Below are positions 42,483 through 53,229 of a stretch of DNA of 64,000 nt, in pieces (within the stretch, counting starts at the first letter, position 1; each line of letters begins with the position of its first letter). The stretch is from an uncultured Chloroflexia bacterium (lineage in GTDB: Bacteria > Chloroflexota > Anaerolineae > CG2-30-64-16): positions 32,001-96,000 of the forward strand of contig CAVZDU010000010.1 in the NCBI GenBank assembly GCA_963774265.1. Reading direction: 5' to 3'. A program made the position numbers and the translations under genes. The notes under the pieces are model-generated. The model did no database searches. It was not told where the DNA came from and saw nothing but the letters and a program-made list of their open reading frames with translations.

Positions 42483-44010
42483 ATGAACTCACAAACGACG
42501 CAGGAGAGTGCCGGCGTATCACCAGTTCTCTTCGATCTCAATGTCCCCCTCTATCCTCGCTCTCCGGCCGACGCAGAGGGAGTCACCTTTTTTCTGGCTT
42601 CCACACCTGGGGGTCGACGGTTGGCCCTGCTGGCTGAGGCAGGCGCGCCGGCACTAGAGAGATTCGTTGGCGAGTCGATTGAGCGAACCCGGAAGACCTT
42701 GCTGCTCTGCCCGCTCACCCATGCAAACGCCGTCACCCTGCGTGTCGCGCTCCCCTGGCTCCAACCGCAGCCCCTGGGGCTTGCCACATCGGCCGGATGT
42801 GGTGACCGGCTCGGCCTTGCGACGCCCGGTCATGTGCGTGCCGGCCGCACCGCGGTGGCCCAGGGAACAAGCGGTCGCAACATCAAAATGATCTTCTGCC
42901 AGCAGTCCATCCGAGAGATGACCCGCACCGGCCGCTCCGCCGATGACGTGATGGACGATGCAACATGGGGCATATTCCAGGAGGGCTGGGCTGAAGGGGT
43001 GGGCGCAGATGCCGATCACCTCAAGACCACCGAGGATATCGACCGCTGCGCAGCTGCTGGCTATACGTTCTTCACGATTGACCCCAGCGCGTATGTCGAT
43101 AGCGGCGCCGACATCGCCGGCCCCGAGGTCTTGCGTTCGCGCTACGCAGCGTTGCCCTGGGCGGCTCTCGAAAGGACTCCTGGCGGCCTCCAGCAGGCGT
43201 ATCGGGAGAAGTCGTTCGACCTGGGTGAACGATCCATCTCGCTCCCTGAGGAAACGGTAGTACGCGCGGCGGTCAAGTACGGCGGCGCTGTGGCCCATGT
43301 TGCGGCCATGCATCGTCACTTGTTGGAGACGAAGGGCGCCGACGGTTGGGAGCTGGAGGTCTCGGTTGATGAGACGGACACGCCCACGTCACAGGCCGAG
43401 CACCTGTTCATCGCCAACGAGCTGGGGCGTCTCGGCGTCCGATGGGTCAGCCTGGCCCCGCGGCGACGTAGGCCGGTTCGAGAAGGGGGTGGACTACATA
43501 GGCGATGTGGCAGCTTTCGAGCAGGACTTCAGGGGCCATGCCGTCATTGCTCGGGCCATGGGACCTTACAAGCTCAGCCTGCACACAGGCTCCGATAAGT
43601 TCAGCATCTACGGAATCGCTGCAGGACTCACGGATGGCCTGTTGCACCTGAAGACCGCGGGAACCAGCTATTTGGAGGCATTGCGCGCAACCGCCTCGTT
43701 CGATCCCGACCTGTTTCGGGACATTCTCGCCCTCGCCATCGAACGCTACGAGACGGACAGGGTGAGTTATCATGTTTCTGCGGATCTTGCGAAGGTGCCG
43801 CGCCCCGAGACGCTGTCCGACTCACAACTGGCCGCCTTGCTGGAGCAGTTTGATGCTCGCCAGGTGCTGCATGTGACCTTCGGTTCAGTGCTCAATTCGG
43901 ACCGTGGATACAAGTCCCGCCTGATGGCCGGTTTGGTCGCGCACGAAGAAGCCCATTACCAGGCGTTGGAGCGACACTTCATACGGCACCTGACTCCGAT
44001 GATCCGGTAG
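42483..44010 (+). CDS. uxaE: Tagaturonate/fructuronate epimerase UxaE family (indel near 43463)
   Basis: GDRLGLATPGH, QQSIREMTRTGR, GADADHLK, FTIDP, EVSVDE, SLAPR, FEKGVDY, YKLSLHTGSDKFS, HLKTAGTSYLEALR and RQVLHVTFGSVL. Confidence 0.9.
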
Positions 44011-44027
44011 GGCTTAAGGAAGCAGCA

Positions 44028-45157
44028 ATGGCAGTCTTCGACTATACTAGCAAAGACGCGCAGGCGATGCCCATCGATCCCATGGCGCCGGCACAATTCG
44101 ACTTCGCGCGTTACGAGGCCCACGCGCAGGCTGCCGAAGCGCGCTGCACGCCGCGTTTGCGGCGCAACCGGAGGGCATTGCCGTCTGGCAGCGGGTGCGC
44201 GTGGCCGATGTATTCCGCGATGGATGTCGGGATATGGGGCAGTCGCTGCGATGGCAGCTCGGCGGACTCCATAGGTCGCTGGACTACCTGACGGACGCCC
44301 CGACCTACCTGGAACCCTGGTATGGCATCGGGGTGACAGCATCCGCTTTCGGCGCAGACTATGACTGGCTGGAGGGCCAGGCTCCGGTCGTGCGCCCCCT
44401 CTGGCGCGATGTCGCCGACATTCCGGACTTCCTGCCCCGGCGCGGCTCGAGCGAATCACCGATCATGCAGCATGTCTTTGCCATGATCCAGTACTTCCTC
44501 GACGAAAGCCGTGGCCGGCTGCCGATGTCCTGGTCGGATCTCCAGAACCCACTCAATGTCGCCACGGAACTGGTCGACACATCTGCCTTCTTCAGCGGCC
44601 TCCTGGACGTGCCAGAGAAGGTGCGCGGCTTGCTCGCCGCCTTGACCGATGAGGTCATCCGCTTCACGCAGGAGCAGAGCCAGCTTATTGGCGACTGCCT
44701 GGTGCGACCCGGTCACGGTTTTGCCAGCACCCGATGTGGATCCGGCCTGGGTCTGAGTTCCGACAACCTGGTCATGATCTCCCCGCGCGGTATCGGCAAT
44801 TCTGCAACGCGAATGATGCGCGGATTGGTGAGGCGTTCGGCGGCGTGGCAATCCATTCTTGCGGCAACTGGGCGCGGTGGATAGACGCCGTGAAGGCAAA
44901 CCCGCACCTCGCGATGGTTGACGCAGCGTTCAGTCCGCAGACCGATCCCGACTATAACGATTGCGTCGCGTTCCGGCAGGCGTTTGCGGGTTCAGGGGTG
45001 ATCGTTCACGCGCGGCATGGTGGGCGAGCCATCGGATGTGCTGGCGCGCGCCAAGCAACTGTGGGCGCCCGGGATGCGGCTGATCGTCACCACCTATGAG
45101 CAGGATCCCTCGAGTCAACACCGTTTGTATCACGATATTCATAGTCTGTGTGACTAG
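44028..45157 (+). CDS. Divergent UroD/MtaA-like family protein (about three apparent indels)
   Basis: YLEPWYGIG...ASAFG, DLQNPL, LGLSSDNLVMISP, IHSCGNW and DAAF are spread over ORFs 44028, 44195 and 44734 and a final frame ending TAG 45155-45157. Confidence 0.65.
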
Positions 45158-45159
45158 GT

Positions 45160-46591
45160 ATGGCTGACCGACCGAATATCATCCAAATTATCTGGCACGA
45201 TCTCGGCGATTGGTTGGGATGTTACGGTCGGCCGGATGTCGAGACCCCGGCGCTGGACCAGCTCGCCGCTCAAGGGGCGCTGCTGGAGCAGCATTTTGCC
45301 ACCGCGCCCTCGAGTTCCCCTTCGCGTGCCTCGCTGTTGACCGGCCGCCATCCACAGTTCGACGGCAGCCTCGCATCGACGCAACGCGGCCGGTATGACC
45401 GCGAGGGTGTGCAGGATCTGCCGGAACTACTCCGCCAGGGTGACTACCACACGGCCTTTATCGGATCCCAATACGAGTGTGGAGAACCGGCCTCGTGGGA
45501 CGAGGTTCGCGAGTCCCCGGAGGAATCACACCTGTCTGCCGACGAAGTCGCTTCTTGCGCTGTGGACTGGCTTGTTGGGACAGCCGCGCGCCGCCTCCAG
45601 GCGGGCGAGGTGAGTACATCGGACTACCGCCCCTTTTTCCTGTCAATCGACTTCCTCGATGTGTACAGGCCCCACGGGGCCGATTTCGATCCCGATGTGG
45701 CTGAGAGTCTGGATGTTCCCGGTTTTCTGCCGGATGAATCCATCGTCCGAAATGACATGGCAACCTTTTACGAGCATATTCGTCGCGGAGATGCCGCGGT
45801 CGGCCGGATTCTGACGGCGCTTGATGACACGGGCCTCTCGGAGAATACCTTCGTCTACTTCGCCGCGGATCAGGGTCCTGACCTACCCCGCGCGAAGATG
45901 ACGCTCTATGATTCAGGCATTAAGGTCGTGTTCCTCTGCCGCTGGCCCGGCGTGATCCCTGCAGGCCGGCGCCTGCTCCACCTGACCAGCCACGTCGATG
46001 TTCTGCCGACGTTGTTGGAAGTGTCCGGACTTCCTGTGCCCGCCCGGGTCGAGGGCGGGTCGTTTCTGCGGAGATTGCAGGGTGAGCGGGGCATGACGCG
46101 CTGACGCAATATTCGCGGCGATGACCTGGCAAGATGGCGAGTACGACCCGATGCGTTGTATCCGCACGTGGCAATACAAGTATATTCGCAACTGGCAGCC
46201 GGGTTGGCCCGTGCAGATTGGCGGTGCCATCGCCCAGCGCTACGGCGAGGCGTTCATAGTCGAGCACTTTGCCCAACCTCGGCCCGCAGAAGAGCTATAC
46301 GACCTGCAGGATGACCCGTGGGAGTTGCATAACCTCGCTGGCCTCGAGGCGCACCAAAGTGTCACGCAGGAGTTGGCGGGTCGCCTGGGCGATTGGATGG
46401 CCACGTTGAACGACCCATTGTTGCGCGGTCCAATCGCTTCTCGAGAGGCAGATCGCTTCGGCTCAGGCAGCGTGTGGGTCAAGGCCCCTACGCACGACCC
46501 GGGAAACGAAGAATTTCGTTGGGCGCACCTGATCACACGCGACTTCGGTGAGATCCCCGTCAGCCCATTGGAGGCAGCTTGCAGCAAGTAG
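45160..46591 (+). CDS. Sulfatase family protein, Ser-type (indel near 46100)
   Basis: RPNII...HDLG, ETPALD, SSPSRASLLTGRHP (S-x-P-x-R), PRAKMTLYDSG, SHVDVLPTL, then MRCIRT.QYKYIRN...EELYDLQDDPWELHNLA in the next frame. Confidence 0.85.
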
Positions 46592-47694
46592 TCGTCCTTG
46601 GCGCCGGCATGGTCGGCGCCGCCATGGCAGCAGACCTTTCGGCGGACTACCAGGTCATTTCGGTGGACCGGGACGAGTCCCGTCTCGCCGCGCTCGCCGC
46701 GACGTTTCCCCTGGCCACGCGGGTCGTGAACTTGGCGGAACCGGATGCCGTCGCCCACTCGTGCCGCGACGCGGACCTGGTTATCGGCGCGGTTCCCGGA
46801 TTCCTTGGCTTCCAGACACTCCGGGCCGTCATTCAGACGGGGAAGCCGGCAGTTGACATCTCGTTTTTTGGTGAAGATCCGTTTGAGCTGGATGATCTGG
46901 CGCGGGGCCGCGGAGTCACTGCGGTGGTCGATTGCGGTGTCGCGCCTGGCTTGAGCAACATGATGTTGGGCTACCATGCCGGCCGGGGAACCGTTATTTC
47001 GTTTCGCTGTCTTGTTGGCGGTCTGCCGGCAAAACGTGTCTTGCCCTGGCAATACAAGGCGCCTTTCTCGCCTGCAGATGTGCTGGAGGAGTATACCCGA
47101 CCGGCGCGCCTGGTCGAGAATGGGCGGATCGTGACGCGGCCTGCACTCTCCGATGCGGAGCTTGTGGATATCGAGCCTATTGGCACGCTGGAGGCGTTCA
47201 ACACAGATGGGCTGCGGTCGTTGCTGGTGACAATGCGCCACATTCCGGACATGGCCGAGAAAACCCTGCGGTATCCTGGTCACATAGGAATCGTGCGAGT
47301 GTTGCGAGATGCCGGATTTCTTTCCGTGGATCCCATTCGCATGGGCAGCGTCGAGGTGCGTCCTATCGATGTCGCCGCTGCCCTGCTGTTTCCTCAATGG
47401 CGGCTCGAACCGGGTGAGCCGGAGTTCACGCTCATGGAAGTGGTCATCCGCTCACCTGGTGACGTGGTGACGTACCGGCTTTATGACACAACAGATGAAG
47501 ACACCGGGTTTTCTTCGATGGCCCGCACGACCGGCTACACAGCAACCGCCGTGGCGAGGTTGATTTTGCGAGGACAATTCACGCGTAAGGGCATCTGTCC
47601 TCCAGAGGTCGTCAGCGCCGTCCCCGGCTGCTTTGACAGCGTGCTTTCCGATCTTGCTGCGCGGGGAGTCCGGGTAGAAAGGGTTCAGGCATGA
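46579..47694 (+). CDS. Saccharopine dehydrogenase / lysine 6-dehydrogenase family oxidoreductase
   Basis: LGAGMVG Rossmann motif, AVPGFLG, DCGVAPGLSN, VGGLP, FSPADVLEEY, EAFNTDGLRSL, EKTLRYPGH and SSMARTTGY. Confidence 0.88.
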   Translation: MQQVVVLGAGMVGAAMAADLSADYQVISVDRDESRLAALAATFPLATRVVNLAEPDAVAHSCRDADLVIGAVPGFLGFQTLRAVIQTGKPAVDISFFGEDPFELDDLARGRGVTAVVDCGVAPGLSNMMLGYHAGRGTVISFRCLVGGLPAKRVLPWQYKAPFSPADVLEEYTRPARLVENGRIVTRPALSDAELVDIEPIGTLEAFNTDGLRSLLVTMRHIPDMAEKTLRYPGHIGIVRVLRDAGFLSVDPIRMGSVEVRPIDVAAALLFPQWRLEPGEPEFTLMEVVIRSPGDVVTYRLYDTTDEDTGFSSMARTTGYTATAVARLILRGQFTRKGICPPEVVSAVPGCFDSVLSDLAARGVRVERVQA

Positions 47695-48869
47695 CTCATT
47701 TAGCCATCACCAATGCTCGCATCATCCTCCCCGATCGGGTCGTCACCGGTGACGCCCTGGTCATCGAGGGCAATCGCATCGCGGCCTTTGTCGCTCCGTC
47801 AGATCTAGGCTCCGGCATCGAGACGATCGATGCAGCAGGCGCCTGGCTCACCCCGGGCCTGATTGACATCCACACCCACGGTGCACTGGGCCACACCTTC
47901 AACGAGCCCACGAGCGAGGCATTCGCGGCTATCGCCCAAGAAAATGCGCGACACGGCGTAACCTCGCTTCTCGCCACCATGGCCGCCGCACCAATACCCG
48001 AGCTGACCGCCTGCTTCGATTTCGTCCGTGCATGGCGCGCTTCGGCTCAGCGCAGTGCAGCGGGTGGGGCGCGGGTCCTCGGCATCCACCTCGAAGGCCC
48101 TTACATCAATCCGGCCCAGGCGGGCGCACTTAACCGCGAATATTTGCGCACACCGGATGACGGTTCGGCTGAGGCGCTCCTGCCATACGCCGATGTGCTC
48201 AGGATTCTCGTGCTCGCCCCCGAGTTGCCAGGGAGCATGGAACTCATCACCAAGCTGTCCCAGGCAGGCATCATCGCGGCCGCCGGCCACAGCATGGCTA
48301 AAGACGAGCACATCCTGGCTGCCATGGCGCACGGACTAAAGCACGTTACGCATATCTGGAGCGCCATGTCGACTACGGTGCGGGAGGGCCCCTGGCGCAA
48401 GCCGGGGCTGTTGGAGAGTGCGCTGACCTTAGACGGCCTCACGGTCGAGATGATTGCGGACAACCGTCACCTCCCGCCCACCCTCATGAAGCTCGCCACC
48501 CGGTGCATTGAGCCTGGGCGCCTGTGCGTTATCTCCGACGCCACCAGTGGTGCGGGACTGCCCGAGGGCACAACGTTCCACATGGCGGGCATGGCCTACG
48601 AAGTGCGCGATGGGGTGGGCATGATGTTCGACCGCACCGGCTTTGGCGGCAGTACAACGTTGCTGAACCAGATGATTCCGGTCCTAACCGATGTGGTCGG
48701 CGTTCCGTTGCCGACCGCGGTGCGCATGGCCAGCCTCACACCCGCCGCGGTCATCGGCTGTGCGGATCGCAAGGGCAGCATCGCGCCGGGTAAGGACGCG
48801 GATTTGGTAATCTTTGACGACGGTTTCAGACCGTTAGATGTCATCATAGGGGGTCAGGTCCATGTTTGA
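47691..48869 (+). CDS. nagA: N-acetylglucosamine-6-phosphate deacetylase family protein
   Basis: PGLIDIHTHG, GIHLEGPYI, LAPE, GHS, THIWSAM, IADNRH, ISDA, GGS and KGSIAPGKDAD. Confidence 0.88.
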   Translation: MTHLAITNARIILPDRVVTGDALVIEGNRIAAFVAPSDLGSGIETIDAAGAWLTPGLIDIHTHGALGHTFNEPTSEAFAAIAQENARHGVTSLLATMAAAPIPELTACFDFVRAWRASAQRSAAGGARVLGIHLEGPYINPAQAGALNREYLRTPDDGSAEALLPYADVLRILVLAPELPGSMELITKLSQAGIIAAAGHSMAKDEHILAAMAHGLKHVTHIWSAMSTTVREGPWRKPGLLESALTLDGLTVEMIADNRHLPPTLMKLATRCIEPGRLCVISDATSGAGLPEGTTFHMAGMAYEVRDGVGMMFDRTGFGGSTTLLNQMIPVLTDVVGVPLPTAVRMASLTPAAVIGCADRKGSIAPGKDADLVIFDDGFRPLDVIIGGQVHV

Positions 48870-49645
48870 AGGAATGCTCTATCAGACGAAGTTCGAGCAG
48901 TTGCCGGTGAGTGTCTTCACCACGAATGCTGCCCTGGGAGCAGCTGCCGCTGAAGAAACTTCTAACCTGCTCAAAGCGGCCGTGGCTGAGCGTGGCGAGG
49001 CCAACGTCATCCTGGCGACGGGGAACTCGCAGCTGAGTTTCCTAAACGCCATCAGGGCGATGACGGATGTTCCCTGGCACGCCATCAACGTGTTTCACAT
49101 GGATGAATATGTTAATTTGCCTGCAGGACACAGCGCTAGCTTCCCGCTTTTCTTGCGAAGGCACTTGCTTGATGCTGTGCGACCGAAGGCCTTTTTCCCG
49201 GTGCCCGGCGACGCGGCCGATCTCGAGCCAGCCTGTCGCGCGGTACGAGAAAAGCCTACGCGAACACCCGGCCGACCTTTGCGTCATGGGGATCGGCGAA
49301 AATGGGCATATTGCTTTCAACGATCCGCCCTGGGCTGACTTCAACGACCCGCATTGGGTTAAGGTCGTGGAGCTTGACGCGCGATCTCGGCAGCAGCAGG
49401 TCGGTGAGGGACACTTCGGCAGCTTGGCTGAAGTCCCCACTCACGCCATCACCGTCACAATCCCTGGCCTGCTCGCGGCCAGGCGCTTACTGGTGCTCGT
49501 GCCCGAGGTGCGCAAGGCTGAGGCGGTCGAGAAATCGCTTCTGGGCCCGATCACGCCAGACGTCCCGGCCTCAATCCTACGCCAGACACCGCACGCTCAT
49601 CTGTACCTGGATAGCGACTCCGCGTCTTTGCTTCCACGTTCGTAG
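48862..49645 (+). CDS. nagB: Glucosamine-6-phosphate deaminase family protein (indel near 49235)
   Basis: ILATGNSQ, FHMDEY, MGIGENGHIAFNDP, VPTHAITVTI, KAEAV and PASIL. Confidence 0.82.
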
Positions 49646-49654
49646 AGCGCGAAA

Positions 49655-50284
49655 ATGATAGAAGGTCCCGGCTTGCCGCCCGCCTATCGGATCATCACAC
49701 CCAGACTCGTTGTACGCTGCTGGGAACCAGCCGACGCGCCGCTGATGAAGGCGGCGATCGACAGCAGCATCGAGCATCTGCGGCCCTGGATGCCCTGGGC
49801 GAGTCGCGAGCCGGAGGACTTACAGAAGAAGATCGACCTGCTGCGTCACTTTCGCGGTCAATTTGACCTGGGGGTCGATTTCGTCTACGGCATCTTCGAT
49901 CGGGACGAAGCCACAGTGATAGGGGGGACGGGATTGCACACCCGCGTGGGCGAGGGTGCGCGCGAGATCGGTTATTGGATCCGGGTGGATCAAATCAACC
50001 AGGGCTACGCGACGGAGACATCGGCTGCGCTGACGCGGGTGGGTTTCGAGATCGAGAAACTGCGCCGAATCGAAATTCACTGCGACGCCGCCAATATCCG
50101 CAGCGCAGCCGTCCCGCGCAAGCTAGGCTACATCCACGAAGCGACCCTGCGCCGTCGCATCTCCAGCAGTGACGAAGAGCATGATCAAATGGTCTGGACG
50201 ATGCTGGCAGATGAGTACCCTGGCAGTCCAACCTCGCAGGCGCTCGTCGCCGCGTACGATGTCATTGGCCGCAAGATAGAGTAA
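49655..50284 (+). CDS. GNAT acetyltransferase, RimJ/RimL family
   Basis: HLRPWMPW, EIGYWI, QGYATE and NIRSAAVPRKLGY. Confidence 0.9.
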   Translation: MIEGPGLPPAYRIITPRLVVRCWEPADAPLMKAAIDSSIEHLRPWMPWASREPEDLQKKIDLLRHFRGQFDLGVDFVYGIFDRDEATVIGGTGLHTRVGEGAREIGYWIRVDQINQGYATETSAALTRVGFEIEKLRRIEIHCDAANIRSAAVPRKLGYIHEATLRRRISSSDEEHDQMVWTMLADEYPGSPTSQALVAAYDVIGRKIE

Positions 50285-50348
50285 CGGTGATCCTCTGGGT
50301 CGCCGAATGGAAGTGACGGCTCACCGTGACCGCCCGAGGAGGGGAACC

Positions 50349-51854
50349 TTGATCAGGACCCGTTTTGCGCCCAGCCCGACGGGCTACATGCACGTCGGGA
50401 ATCTGCGCACGGCGTTGTACGCTTATCTCATCGCGCGCCACTACGGCGGAACACTCGTGCTTCGCATCGAAGACACCGACCGGCGTCGCAATGTGGATGA
50501 CGCAGTGCAGGTCATCTATGATAGCCTCAGGCTGGCCGGCCTGGACTACGACGAAGGTCCCGACAAGGGTGGTGACTACGGTCCCTATGTGCAGAGCGAG
50601 CGCAAACCGCTCTACAGGCTATACGCCGAGAAGCTCGTGGAATTGGGTGGCGCCTATCGTTGCTTCTGCGGCAAGCCCGAGCCCGAGCCATCTGTCGAGG
50701 CCCTCGAAGAGAGCGAAGACGAATTCGTGGGGGCGGCGCCCGCATCGTCCGTGGATGGCACGATGCCCTCGGTCGAGCCGACCAAGACTTACGACCCTTG
50801 CCGTTTCCTCTCCGCCCAGGACGCCAATAACCGCGCTGCGGCTGGTGAGCCACACGTCATCCGCCAGCGCATCCCCGAGACCGGCGTGACCTCCTTTGAA
50901 GACCACGTCTACGGCGTGATTACCTGGCGGAATGATCTTCTGGACGATCAGGTGCTCCTGAAGTCTGATGGCTTCCCAACATACAACTTCGCGAATGTGG
51001 TCGACGATCACCTTATGGGCATCACGCACGTTGCGCGAGGGGTCGAGTACCTATCGTCAACACCTAAGTACAACTTGCTTTACCGCAGTTTCGGATGGCC
51101 TATCCCGGAATACGTTCACCTCCCGCACATCGTTAAGGAGGGCGGCAAGAAACTCTCCAAGCGCGCGGGAGATGCCTCGTTCCAGGATCTGGTCGCCCGC
51201 GGCTATCTGCCCCAAGCCATCATCAACTACATCGCCCTGCTCGGCTGGCATCCCGCCGACGACCGCGAGTTTTTCACCCTGGATGGGCTCATTGAAGCTT
51301 TCGACATCGACCGTATCAATAAGTCCAGCGCAGGGTTTGCCATTGCCAAGCTCGACTGGCTGAACAGCGAGCACATTCGCGTTTTGCCCCCGGAGCGCTT
51401 TCACGAGCTAGCGTTACCGCATTATGCTCAGCAGCCCGAAATCGCTCGGCTGGACACGATGATGATCAGCCGCCTGATTCAGTCGCGTGTCGTGCGTCTG
51501 ACAGACATTCCTGAGATGGTTGCCTTCCTGGCTCAGCCGACCAAACACGATAAGACGCTCTACGTCAATGAGAAGTCCAGGTCCACGATCGAGAGCAGTC
51601 GCTACATCCTGGCCCATGTGTCGGAATTGTTTGACGGTGCTGCCGAGTGGACACATGAGGCGCTTGCACCGCGGCTGGTTGAATGGGGCAAACAAAACGG
51701 CTTCAAAACCGGGACGGTCATGTGGCCGGTGCGCATCGCACTCTCGGGTCTGGCATCTACGCCGGGTGGCGCCACCGAGATCGCGCAAATCCTCGGCAAA
51801 GAGGAGTCCCTGCGGCGCATCCAGGCGGCCGTGACCTTGCTGGCCGATAGTTGA
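50349..51854 (+). CDS. gltX: Glutamate--tRNA ligase
   Basis: RTRFAPSPTGYMHVGN (HIGH), RIEDTD, GPYVQSER, CFC...YDPC, KSDGFPTYNFANVVDD, KKLSKR (KMSKS) and KLDWLN. Likely TTG start at 50349 after GAGGAGG. Confidence 0.95.
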   Translation: MIRTRFAPSPTGYMHVGNLRTALYAYLIARHYGGTLVLRIEDTDRRRNVDDAVQVIYDSLRLAGLDYDEGPDKGGDYGPYVQSERKPLYRLYAEKLVELGGAYRCFCGKPEPEPSVEALEESEDEFVGAAPASSVDGTMPSVEPTKTYDPCRFLSAQDANNRAAAGEPHVIRQRIPETGVTSFEDHVYGVITWRNDLLDDQVLLKSDGFPTYNFANVVDDHLMGITHVARGVEYLSSTPKYNLLYRSFGWPIPEYVHLPHIVKEGGKKLSKRAGDASFQDLVARGYLPQAIINYIALLGWHPADDREFFTLDGLIEAFDIDRINKSSAGFAIAKLDWLNSEHIRVLPPERFHELALPHYAQQPEIARLDTMMISRLIQSRVVRLTDIPEMVAFLAQPTKHDKTLYVNEKSRSTIESSRYILAHVSELFDGAAEWTHEALAPRLVEWGKQNGFKTGTVMWPVRIALSGLASTPGGATEIAQILGKEESLRRIQAAVTLLADS

Positions 51855-51861
51855 TGGCGCA

Positions 51862-53229
51862 ATGAATAATAGCCGCACACTGTCAGTCCTTCTGACAACC
51901 AGTATCGCTTCGTTTTCGACCGCATTCATGGGGTCTGCACTGAACATTGCCTTGCCGATCATCGGCAAGGAGTTCGGCATGGATGCGGTGGCGCTCGGCT
52001 GGGTGGCGACCGCGTTCACACTCGCAGTCGCCATGTTCCTGGTTCCTTTTGGACGGGCAGCCGACATCCACGGTCGCAAGCGCATATTCACGATGGGGAT
52101 CGCTGCCTTCGCAGTGACATCGCTCCTCTGCGGCTTCGCTACTTCGGGCGGCATGTTGATCGCGTTTCGCGTGCTCCAGGGCCTCGGGTCAGCCATGATG
52201 TTTGCGACAAGCTCGGCCATGTTGAGCTCGGCGTACCCGCCAGCGGAGCGGGGTCGTGTCCTGGGCATCAATGTCGCGTCCGTCTATACCGGCCTCTCCA
52301 TTGGGCCTTTCCTCGGCGGCATCCTCACCCAGAATCTCGGCTGGCGCAGCGTATTTGCTGCCGGCGTGGTGCTTGGGATGATCGCAGCCATCGCCGCGTT
52401 TCGCCTCAAGGCAGAGTGGGCCGAGGCGCGCGGGGAGCGGTTCGACTGGATCGGCTCGATCATCTATGGGTTGTCTATCGCGATCGTGATGGTCGGCCTC
52501 TCACGCCTGCCCGATGCTTCGGGTGGGGTGCTGGTGGCAGCAGGTCTTGCGGGCGTGGTGGGCTTTGTGGCCTGGGAGAACCGCTCGAAAGCGCCGATCC
52601 TCGACCTGAGCCTCTTCAGAGGCAATCGTGCATTTACGCTCTCCAGCGTGGCCGCGCTGATCAACTATCTGGCGACGACGGCGGTCACCTTCTTGTTGAG
52701 CCTGTACCTGCAATACATCAAAGCGCTGACGCCTCAGCAGGCTGGCGTTGTCTTGATCGCACAGCCCATCATGATGGCGCTCTTCTCCCCCATCGCTGGA
52801 CGGCTGTCGGACCGGGTGGAGGCTCGCGTCGTGTCGTCGGCCGGCATGACGCTCACCGCCCTGGGACTGCTGATGCTCGTTTTCCTGGGCCAGGCCACGC
52901 CATTTGCCTATATCGTTGCCGCGCTCCTGTTATTGGGCGTTGGCTTTGGTCTGTTTTCATCTCCCAATATGAACGCGATCATGAGCTCAGCAGACCGGCG
53001 CCTCTACGGCGTCGCGTCGGCCATTGTGGCCACCATGCGCACACTGGGTCAGATGCTCAGTCTCGGCATCACAATGTTGATTTTCTCCGTCGTCATAGGC
53101 CGCGTCCAGATCACCCCGGAGCACTACGGAGCATTTCTTTCCAGCACCCGCATCGCATTCACGATTTTCGCTGCGCTTTGTGTGCTCGGTATCTTTGCTT
53201 CTTTAGCACGCGGCCGTGTCCGCTCGTAA
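51862..53229 (+). CDS. MFS transporter, 14-TM DHA2/EmrB-like
   Basis: NIALP, GRAADIHGRK, RVLQGLG, ERGRVLG, GPFLGG, GWR, FDWIG and SSPN. Confidence 0.9.
   Translation: MNNSRTLSVLLTTSIASFSTAFMGSALNIALPIIGKEFGMDAVALGWVATAFTLAVAMFLVPFGRAADIHGRKRIFTMGIAAFAVTSLLCGFATSGGMLIAFRVLQGLGSAMMFATSSAMLSSAYPPAERGRVLGINVASVYTGLSIGPFLGGILTQNLGWRSVFAAGVVLGMIAAIAAFRLKAEWAEARGERFDWIGSIIYGLSIAIVMVGLSRLPDASGGVLVAAGLAGVVGFVAWENRSKAPILDLSLFRGNRAFTLSSVAALINYLATTAVTFLLSLYLQYIKALTPQQAGVVLIAQPIMMALFSPIAGRLSDRVEARVVSSAGMTLTALGLLMLVFLGQATPFAYIVAALLLLGVGFGLFSSPNMNAIMSSADRRLYGVASAIVATMRTLGQMLSLGITMLIFSVVIGRVQITPEHYGAFLSSTRIAFTIFAALCVLGIFASLARGRVRS

Noticed and set aside
52416-53228. 671-aa UroD-like fusion protein
   Set aside because: The first 271 codons are an alternate frame of the MFS gene. 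The real start is the ATG at 53229.
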